Shown here one piece after another: positions 53,649 to 64,000 of a stretch of DNA of 64,000 bases; position 1 is the stretch's first letter, and every line of letters begins with the position of its first letter. Both the position numbers and the translations under genes were made by a program. This stretch comes from Phoronis australis (lineage: Eukaryota > Animalia > Phoronida): NCBI GenBank assembly GCA_002633005.1, contig NMRA01000399.1:1-64000 (forward strand), given 5' to 3'. Under the pieces are notes generated by a model. That model saw only the letters and a list, made by a program, of their open reading frames with translations, did not search any database and had not been told where the DNA came from.

Positions 53649-56355
53649 AATATTCTCCGGTTTGTGACTGGAAAGTGATTTTGCTCAAAGTCAGAAGTTG
53701 CACCAAATTTTATAAGTAATGTTGGCCGTACAAATTCAAGAATTACTCTCATTCTCCTTAATGTGACACACTATAAGGTCACTTGAGAACATTGGATTTA
53801 CAGGATTTTTGAAAATTTTATCAGCTGTCAGACTCTCTTGTTGCAAAAATGCAGGTTGAGAAGTTTGATGAATGTCCATATCAACCATGTACTAATCTAT
53901 CAACCATGCACCAATCTTCAGAATCAACAAAAATCAGTCTCTGCTTAAATTTCTGTGCCACAAATTTTAGACTTTTTCAAACTGGATTTTTGCCATATTT
54001 CATAAGAAACGCATATGCAACGAAACACCACTTTTGTATATTGTTGAATTTGTTTATGGCAGAAAATGAATGTTCTTAAAATGCTGTGTAGGTAGTGAGC
54101 AAATTAATGAATTACTGGCAAAAATTACCCGTTTGCAAGCAATAACTGTCTCGCTAAAACGTTAAACAGTGTCTACCACTGAAAGTTGTTAGCATTTGTC
54201 ATTGGTGTGAACCAGGCATTAGAGTAAGATTGGAATGTCGGGGTTCTGAAAAGCATGCTTTCTTGAAGGTTAACTTGGCTTGCTTTCTTGGATCGGTACT
54301 GGTCAACTCTTTTACGTTTGAATCTTTACAATTATTATGTAGGGCGTTTTAATTACCTACAATTAAAATGGAATAAATTATCTGTAAATTGTTACTTGGC
54401 TTAATGTACCCTTTCATGCACGTTGACTGAGTGTATTTTGTAATTAAAGAGGATATAATGAGAAGCTTGCAACATGGTGACCAGTCACGCGAGACGTGAT
54501 TCTACTGGCCTCTGGAGAATGGGGTGATTTCAATTTTGTTTAAAATGTCTCTTGTCCAATCATGCGCGTTTCAAGAGATATTTAACAAAGTCAAACACAT
54601 TTCCTTATGCCATCCTATGCGAAGAGGAAGTACCTCCTAATGTAGCTAGGTTGCAATAGGTGTCACCGATTCCATGACCTGTGGAAATTTGAGAGATATT
54701 GTAGGGTTGCTTCAGTTCTCTTTATTATTCACTCAGCTTGCAGAAGTTCCGAGATCCAAGAGGTTTAGGAATTACCCTCTTGTACGAAAAGTGCGAGTAC
54801 TGACAAAAGCTTGATAATTGTGATTTAAATCACTTCATATAAGATTATGATGAGTTTGTCGAAAGATCTTGATGTTCTCGTAAGCATCCAGTTCTTCCCA
54901 GAGTCTCCAGTTTGAGCTTTTTATATTCTTTTCTCACTTTGCAAATGACGGAAATTTGGTGTTGAGCTCCCACTTGAATAAAAAGGCAAGAAATAACGAG
55001 TGCATCACAGTCTTGAAATTATGAAATTATCTCAATAACAAGCAGTTAAGTACTATATTTTCAGAGACTGCACCATTGAGTGAGCACTAAATTCGGTATC
55101 GGATGACATGAGAGTGATCTCTGGAGACTGCACCATTGAGTGAGCACTAAATTGGGTATCAAATGACATGAGAATGATCTCTGGAGACTGCACCATTGAA
55201 TGATCTCTGGAGACTCGTAATAACTATTGTTGTGGCAAAAACCTTTTTCTGCACAATTTTTTCATCCATCTTTAATACTAACTTTCCTGGAAATTCCCTT
55301 TCATTCTGGGTCACTAGGGGAAGTAATTCTAAAAGATGAATTTGGCTTCTGCCCAACCGTCAACAGGTCTGAGTTAAGTTGTCTGAATATTTTTTCATGT
55401 ACTGTAGTTAGTAGGAAAAAGGATTGGCTGAAGTCCGGCAAGTACCAGGATGTTGCTGATATAGGACCAATAAAAGTCGAGGTGTGGAAATAGTTCCAAG
55501 AATCAACCCGTAAGTGCAATAATTGGACCACTAAATCTGAACAGAATACTTTTGTGGCCTATTCAACAAACATGATGGTTGGACCATATCGGGGATATGT
55601 TGCATACTCTGCATTCATAAGATATCGGGAACCTACATGCATAATTAAAAAATTGCCCAACCACCAACACCGACCTTGGCCTTAATGCACAGCTGGTGAT
55701 ACGACCCAATTTGATGAGGTGGGGCACAGAATCCTTTCGTCCAGCCACTACATTTAGCTGTGCGGTACTAGAGCCTCTAGATCGTGTCCTTTTTCATCAT
55801 ACAAGCCACTGTATTGTTTCCAGTCCTCTGTATTTGTAATCCAGAATACAGCTTGACAGATTTCCTGATGACATTTTCATGTTGTGTCATCTGATGACAC
55901 CGTTAACAGGAAGTGGCGACTGCTCCAATTTTAAGAGTAGAATCACTCGCCAGAAATACCAGCAATCTCTGAATATACCGTAGTAGTTTTCAAAATAGAC
56001 TGGCGAATGTGGAAATTTTACAAAAGTTTCCATGCAATCTGCTATACGGCCATTTCTATTCAACTGGAGTTCTCTTCAGTTCCAGCTAAATCTCCCCAAA
56101 AGTTCAACAGATGTCACTCCACACTGTCAGAACACTAACAACTTACACCATTAATTTGAAAACTACTCTGCAAGTGGTGTATACTGTATTGGTCTGTAGA
56201 TCATCTGATCAATAAAAGAAACCAGTGGGAAATTTGGTGTAGAAAACAACACAGTTCTAAAACAACAATCCACTACACAGTCGAGTTTTCTCATTTTGAA
56301 TCGAAGTATATACACATCAGTCCAATATATGTTTTATACATATATGGAGGTGTTG

Positions 56356-59300
56356 CTATGACGATGACCTGAGCTTGTCCTTTGGATAATATTTGGTATA
56401 GTCGTACTCTCTGAAGGGCACTTCCTCTTCTATGAATCCTGGATAAACAAAACAAAAAACATTAAGAGCAAAATAAAAAATTGGCACTTAAATAAACCTT
56501 CCATTTTCATCTGATCTTTAATTTACCTCCTGAGGAAATTTTGAGGCCAATTTTATAAATGTAGAATATCTAACAGGCAAATTGCTACAGAATCAATCGA
56601 TGTACAGTATTCAATTCATGGTTCAATCATGCATGATAAGAGACATGAAGCCTGTATATAAAAAACAAATAAACAAATGATTTCTGTCCAAAACAATAGC
56701 TGTAGAAGCCGAGGACACAGACTAAAACTTCTTTCGTCCTAACGACCACTTTTTCTTCATCTAAACAAGATCTCAAGACCATCATTGGTCTCCCACAATG
56801 CAACAGTTTATTAAAAGTTTCACGTACCATAGTCCTTTGCCCGTTCTATGGCGACCAGTAGATTCTTGTGTTGTTTTTGACAGACACCTGTAAGAACCCA
56901 ACAAACCAATGTTATAAGCCTAAGCATTCAGAGGTTAGGGAACAGGAAACGGAAACCAAATCTTCCCTGACTGACTCAAAGTCGTTTTTTTATTTTCTTA
57001 GAAATGCTTTTTGTAGACACAAGTTTCATCTGAAAAAAGAACTTGAGATACAATATGAAAAACTTGTAAATCGAGTTGCCTTGGAAATGCTGAAACACTA
57101 AACTGCTGGAGTTTTCTGCAAGAAACTCAGTTGAGTAAACAAATACCAAATGCTAACATACATGTATAACCAGGTGAAATTGGAAGTGACAAATACACGC
57201 GCTCGTGCATCAATATTGTACCCTACTGAGAATGAAACGGGAAGTCAATGAGCAGCATTGTTGGTATATCTTGGCAATGTTGCCTCTCTGCAGCAGAATT
57301 TGTTAAAAATGATGCGACATCTGTTGTTTAGATGAGAAGTTATCCAAGAACGAATGGTGCATCATTTTTAATGAACATTGAAACTGGGGAAGTTTTAGGA
57401 TTCGATCTTGCATATTGTATTCCCCAATCTACATGTATGTCATTGGGCATGTATAAATAGGGCCCCGTCTGCAGGCAAGTCAAGTACCACTTCCATGACT
57501 AGTTATTCCAGACTACATTATAGTCACTAATTAACTGGAATTAGAAAATAATCATGAAATTTTAAACTGCATGAGACACTTGTGATCGACTGCTTCTAAG
57601 AATACAGTAACAAGGTCAACCAGTAGAATCTGAATGTAGAATTGCAGAGTACGGGTGAAATTGCACTTGTCTAAACACTGTCGGCATTGTCCGAGTTTGT
57701 CATCTTAAAACTGGTCAGAATCTTCCACTGATGGAGTTGTTTCATCAATGCACCGTGAATTCTGACCAAAAAGGTCGTCTCACACACAGCCACATTTGTG
57801 TGCCTTACTCAGCCATGTACAATAAAACAGCAGTTCAAGCCAGATAGTGTTGGAAACCAGGATCAACAAAACTTAAACAAAACCAAACCATTAAAGCTGC
57901 ACTATGCCATTTATCACATAAGACCTTTTACTCAGTATGATAAAATCGGTGATGTATTATTCCTTACCATGACAGGATTATGTTTTTGTAACCAACAGGA
58001 ATATAGAAGCCATCAGTAACTGAAGAAATCACTTCAGAGTTGGTAGAGTTTGTCTAACACTTAAATTGCCAATTGGAAAATGGTGCATTTACACATTATG
58101 TATGCATTATGTGCGCATTGCCTCTGACTTGAGTTGGCAATAGAAACAATTCTATCACAGTAAGGAATACTGCGAGATTGATTTGATAACAAAATGCTCA
58201 ATTTTATTTTCATTTTTGCAAGGTAAACAAGGTGAAATGCACCTTTGAAGTCAACATTGACAACTAAATACTGGAAAGAGCACCTGTAATGATTGAATAT
58301 GTACTATATAGCGGCACTTTAATAACAACAACACCAATAATAATAATAATAATAACAGTATCGACTAGACACACAAATAATGAGTAGTATGTAAGATGAG
58401 TAAAAGCATAATAAGTACTTACAAGTTTTTTGATATGAAAGGACTTCCCCAGTGTAAGGAGAAATAAACTGGTTCAGCAATTTGACGTTCTGCAAAAACA
58501 AAATCAAATACAAAGTCGTAAGATGCCACTAGAGCAACCCAACAAAATGACGACCATTCAAATAATTGTTTGTTGAACCGTTGGGCAGAATTCAACATTA
58601 CCATGTCATTTGAACTGTAACTTTAACCTTATGTCTCGGAGTTCATGGGTCACAGCCCAGGTCATCACCATGACAACATGCAAGATGATCCGATTCAAAG
58701 ACTACTTCTCCGAACTTTGAAAGGTCAGTGTCAAAATGATCTTTTATCAAATCAGCAGTACTATCCATCAAACTGGTTCTCAACACCCATCTTCACTGAA
58801 TAACAGGCATCAAACTGGTTCTCAACACCCATCTCCACTGAATAACAGGCATCAAACTGGCTCTCAACACCCACAAGAAGCCCTGTAAGTGGCTATGGCC
58901 CACATTGACACTTACTCTATGATCCACTACCAAGTAGTCATCTCTACAAACAGGACAAGGATTTCCAGTGGATAAGGCACCTGATCTCTGTAACAAACAT
59001 TGGATAGTATGAGATGTGTATTCTCAGAAAAGATAACCATGTGTGTCAAATCTCCTTTTTACAATATCCAGGGCACGATTTGGTGACCTGCATCTCGCCT
59101 GTGCGACCTCAGACTTTGTTAGGCGATCTGGTAAAAATCTTAAGTCGCCACACATACATCTAGGAGTCTGAAATGTTCGGCAACAAGCAGGGCCTATTCA
59201 TGAGCCACGCACAGACAACGTGTCCTGATTGTCTGCTTCACCCCTAGGTAGGAACCAAACATATGCGCGAATATCATGCCAGGGGATAAATTGGTCAAAT

Positions 59301-61554
59301 AGAGTTACTGATAATTGTTATCTCAACTAAAAGGCAAAAACGTCACCAGTTATGTTTGGCTCTTCCAGATGTCCAATGGTTCTTCAATTCAGATGTCTAT
59401 CGCCAATCATATGTCATTTCTTTCATCTTTCTCACTGCCATATATGGAGTTTTCTTTGTTGCTCATTTCCCACTTGGCAACCGCACAATTTCAACTGGTT
59501 GCAAAAATTGTACATTATTAAGCTAAAGGCCACTAAACACGAAACTAAGAATTAAAAAATAGTGCTTCATAATTAAAAACCCATAAGCCAGTAAAAAATG
59601 GTAACATGTAATTGCCTTTGCAATGTCACCACCTCAATTATTTCAAAAAATCTAATCTGAACTAAACAGACACTATATTTGGTGCTTGACTGGCCGGAAC
59701 GCAAAGAAAACTGTAATAATGAAGTGCTACTACTACGACTGTTATGCCAAGCACAAGATGCTTACGATACATGTCTTTCGAGTCTTAGCTGGTGCCCATT
59801 GTCCTTTGAAATTACGTCTGTATTTTGTCCATACTGGGTCACTGCCGTAGGTCGTGTAATAAGCTGCAGAGATAAAGATCAACGGTCAATTTCAAAACAA
59901 AGAGAAATGAGAATATACACTTCATTACTTTAGCACACAATATGATGGACACAGGGAATTTAGTTTGTGAAAAAAAATCTCTACAGCATACCATGAAATT
60001 TAAGAAAGTGTCACTTTGCTCTGAGCAAAGCTGGCATGGTGCGACTGTCCCAAGACAGTGCACACCTGGTGTGACTGTCCCAAGACAGTGTACACATGGT
60101 GCGACTGTCCCAAGACAGTGCACACCTGGTGTGACTGTCCCAAGACAGTGTACACATGGTGTGACTGTCCCAAGACAGTGTACACATGGTGTGACTGTCC
60201 CAAGACAGTGCACACGTGGTAAAACTTTATTATTAGCCACATGGTGGTCAGCCTAAGTAGAAAATGGGAATTTCATCAAATTTATTTTTTGAAACATTTG
60301 TCCCAATCAAATGTCATCTTTGTCAAACTTCAGTCAGAGTTCAATGTCAAGTTATAGTGGCGAGTCGCTAATTGTTTATGTGTATGACAAGTTGTCTCCA
60401 CCTATCAAGATTTTGTCAAGTTTTTGTAGAGATTTGTCAGAACCAAAAAATGAAATAAATGGAAACAAATGGATGTTTAACTGTGTTTTTGTGCATTGAT
60501 ACTTTGTCGAATTTTGGTGCTGTGCAGGTTATTTTGTAGATCAGATATAAGTTCTAACAATAAACATTTGATGTACGGCTCTGTAGTGTTGTGGAAAGCA
60601 TGAATGTCATAGAAAATGGGCCGAGTTGACAGAGACAAGTAGCAATTTGTCATTCATGAACATTCGTGAACATTTTGAAACATTCGACAGTTTTGTAGAA
60701 ATCATTTGACTATTCCACCTCACTACAGTGGTGTCAAGCAATTCATAACTTTTTTTTGAAAATCGGTCAGTGTTGTGGTATTTTTTAGTTCCTTACTTTT
60801 TCAAAAATAAAAATCTGAGATGAGTATAGATGGTGCTAGTTACGTTTTTTAATTTTTTTCCCTTCACTTGACAAATCACGACGTTTCAAATCTTACAAAC
60901 CCATACTTACACGCCTTTGTACAGCTTTTCAGAAAAAAAACAAGACCCAGTTTGAAATTGATGCAGATGGAAGTTTTGTTTTTTAGCCCCAAAATGAGAG
61001 AGCAGAACCAGTAATGTCTTTAGTCTCATCCCACTGCATCAAATTGCTATACACGAATACAAAATGATATCCATCAATTACTTTACCATCACCTAGAGAC
61101 GTCATGTTACCACTATGTTGCAAAAAGGCTTATTGGATTAAACACTAATTTTTCACTTATTTCACAAAAAATTAATTTTCCGTTTTTCAAAGGCTGCCAA
61201 TAAAGGAAAGAGTCGTTACCTTCTTATTTTATAAGTGATTTAATTTTAATTTTAATTTTAATGCAACAGGGAAACAAATTTATAAAAACAATTCTACAAC
61301 ACCAAAATAATTTTGACATGTTATTCTATCATTTCTTTCATCAAAATTACTCCAGAGTCACGTGTACCTTTACTCTCCATGTATCTGATGCTTGTCTCCA
61401 CATCCACGTCCAGCACTGGCCGACCTTTGACCTGTAACACCCCTGCCTCTTCATCATTTTCCTTGTCTGAGGATTTCCCTGTACTTTCTTGTTCCTCATA
61501 CAAAGGTGAACTTAGAGTCAAAGTACGAGAACACAGAATGCGAGGAACAACAAC
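56356..61554 (-). CDS. MRPS18B: Mitochondrial small ribosomal subunit protein S18B (mS40); start exon not securely located
   Basis: Exons are 61554-61368 (..[11 protein letters not shown]), 59863-59766 ([33 protein letters not shown]), 58987-58916 ([17 protein letters not shown]), 58489-58423 ([14 protein letters not shown]), 56887-56828 ([21 protein letters not shown]) and 56438-56356 (..[11 protein letters not shown]). Phases are consistent. Confidence 0.93.
60034..60220. repeat. 30-bp minisatellite x6 in an MRPS18B intron
   Basis: CATGGTGTGACTGTCCCAAGACAGTGTACA units. Confidence 0.93.
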
Positions 61555-61583
61555 CTGGATTCAAACAAAAGTAAAAATACTTT

Positions 61584-61594
61584 AATAATAAATC

Positions 61595-61638
<44 letters not shown>

Positions 61639-61655
61639 TAATAATGGCAATAATA
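61584..61655. repeat. (AAT)n microsatellite
   Basis: Visible run of AAT repeats. Confidence 0.9.
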
Positions 61656-62627
61656 TCTAGCAGTAGTAAGTTTTATATCAACATTATACTATTATAACAA
61701 ATTTTCCCATATTTTTTGGAAATAAGTCTGAGCTGAATTGTCACAAGGCCACCCACATGGTGAAATTGGTGGGGACAGGGGGAGGGAATTATCTCTCACC
61801 CAAAAAACCACTCTCAGCAGCGGCCACAAGCACCATCTGGTGAGCATCATGTGACTTAGCCTTGGTGCAAAGCTGTATAAGCATAGCTTTGAAACTATTG
61901 GGGTAAGAAATGAATAAAACAAAAGTCCGTCATTAAAACTACATACTTCCTTCTGTCAGTAAACGTATTGTAATGCCATTTGTCCAGTATTGTATTGCCA
62001 TTTGTCCAGTATTGTAATATCATTTATCCTGCAACCAAATTTGTGGAGGGAACATGTGCATCAACTTTGAGTGTCAGAAAATAGTGCCATCTGGGCAATT
62101 TCCATTCCACCATTCTTTTTTCACAAGTTTGCACAAAGTTCACAACAAATTGTCAAAAGTGGTTTCACTTCACTAGTTCTGAGTATTTCATTGCCATGAT
62201 TAGCAACGGAAGTTCTGAGCAAAGTTATCACCATCTCCCAAAGGATGTCACTTAAACAAACCAAAATCATGAGTGTACTACTTCAATATCAGCGTTTGAC
62301 TTATTATTTCTTACACAAGTGGGCGGCTGTTCATCAGATTGTGTTCCTTTCAATAGTCGCAACAGAGGAGAAGGTGTCATTTGAATTTTAGAGTTTCAAA
62401 AACTTCATGCACCATTGGATACGCTACATTTTGGGGCAAGTTTCATTGCCAAAGACATGCACATTGACTAGTGGTAAACTGAGGAAGCGAGCTGCCATTA
62501 AAGTTGGAATCAACCTGCATTCCATTCACGAAGCGAACTTTTGATTTGAATTTTAGGCCTTGACTTACTGCTACAAAATATTCCTCACTTGGATGACAAG
62601 TGAGTTCTAGTTTAATTCACAAGGAAC

Positions 62628-63101
62628 AGATAGTTCATTACAGATAGTTCATTCATAGCTGATGGCTATCTTCAACATACACAAGATAGTTCCTTCATAA
62701 CTGATGGCTATCGTCAACATACACAAGATAGTTCATTCATAGCTGATGGCTATCATCAACATACACAAGATAGTTCATTCATAGCTGATGGCTATCGTCA
62801 ACATGCACAAGATAGTTCATTCATAGCTGATGGCTATCGTCAACATACACAAGATAGTTCATTACTCCTTGAGAATTAGCCAGCAGCTAAATGAAGACTA
62901 TCATCAAAATACACAAGATAGTTCATTACTCCTTGAGAATTAGCCAGCAGCTAAATGAAGACTATCATCAAAATACACAAAATAGTTCATTACTCCTTGA
63001 GAATTAGCCAGCAGCTAAATGAAGACTATCATCAAAATACACAAGATAGTTCATTACTCCTTGAGAACTAGTAAGCAGCTAGCTGAAGACTATCATCAAA
63101 A
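62628..63101. repeat. Compound minisatellite (~42-bp units changing to ~66-bp units)
   Basis: CACAAGATAGTTCATTCATAGCTGATGGCTATCGTCAACATA x5, then CACAAGATAGTTCATTACTCCTTGAGAATTAGCCAGCAGCTAAATGAAGACTATCATCAAAATA x~4. Confidence 0.9.
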
Positions 63102-64000
63102 TAGAAAATGCTGTTGTAGATTATATTTTAACTGACCAAAATAATTTAAAGAATTATGTATCCTTTTTAGAGAATTATGACATATGCATGGCACTTGCTA
63201 TTCGCCCTAGCCGCCATGTTCCTTGTGTCTCTAAGTCCATTGTTTAATTAGCGGTAAGATTCCCTCATTTATTGTAGCCTTAGCACATCTCTGGCATTGT
63301 TAACCTATTGTAATCATACATCACTTGTCAGCGACCTAGTATTTACCCCCTGTCTCTGTTCTTTCAGGTTGCGATCATTCGTAGTTTGCTGTCATCAATA
63401 AACATTGACGAAATACTTACGAGTTAAGTTATGATATTGATATGTTAGATATCCAAGCATTAATTGGGCCAAGATGTAAAGCACCAGATCATTCTATTCT
63501 TGTTTTAAGGTTTAAAATTTCCTTGCCTGAGGTATGTTCATCTGGTATTGACAGACCTTCAGATTCAAACACTCTTTCGAACGTACACATGACACCTCCA
63601 CTTAGAATTTAGAACTAACGCGACATGTAAAGAAGAAATTTTATGTTCAAGTCAACTTTTAGAGCTTGGTATCTAGGAAAAACGAACTGTTAGTAATATC
63701 ACAGTCTTGAAATCATCTCAAATTTGACAAGGGTGATACTAATTTTACAAAAAATCATGTCCAAAAGTATGTTTTGCCACACTGCCCAGTCATGTAATAA
63801 CCTGGTCAGCAGGTGTACATAGTGCTTGTGTGCAAGATCAAGAATCGAGTGCAGTGTCCAACTGTCTATCGGCAGAGTTGCCAGACAGTCAGTGAGGCAG
63901 CGCAGACAGTCGGAGTACATGCCGCTGGCGGTGTCCATGATTCATGATTGCACGAATAAATTCAAGCTGATAACTAAGTATCGTCTTTGACCTAGTTGAC

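Noticed and set aside
59839-60256. Repetitive Cys/His ORFs ([17 protein letters not shown])
   Set aside because: A 30-bp intronic minisatellite open in several frames; no splice support.
62315-63220. Candidate MRPS18B start exons (MAARFLSLPLV at ~62498, MTPSPLLRLL at ~62380, MAARAN at ~63216)
   Set aside because: Several alternatives, none decidable without transcripts.

Overview
AT-rich, intron-containing metazoan (invertebrate, probably marine) genomic DNA from a draft assembly. It has two N-gaps and three single-N contig joins, and is not prokaryotic. Four spliced genes can be built by hand. (1) A + strand 3-coding-exon gene (7960-21671, ~712 aa) joins an N-terminal death effector domain, a TTC22/IFIT-type TPR solenoid and a degenerate C-terminal TIR domain. 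This unusual putative innate-immune receptor/adaptor is the main discovery candidate. (2) CACYBP lies on the - strand, with two exons duplicated across an assembly join. (3) SURF6/RRP14 lies on the + strand and keeps an Rrp14-type N-terminal domain. (4) MRPS18B lies on the - strand. The rest is mostly nested non-autonomous DNA transposons (Kolobok-like with a THAP remnant, hAT with a perfect 8-bp TSD, foldback/MITE types), a split Penelope retroelement remnant and minisatellites. There is also a ~175-bp tandem array upstream of the immune gene whose units carry a hairpin with a 7-bp loop in both orientations. All family assignments come from motif recognition by eye; no searches were run.
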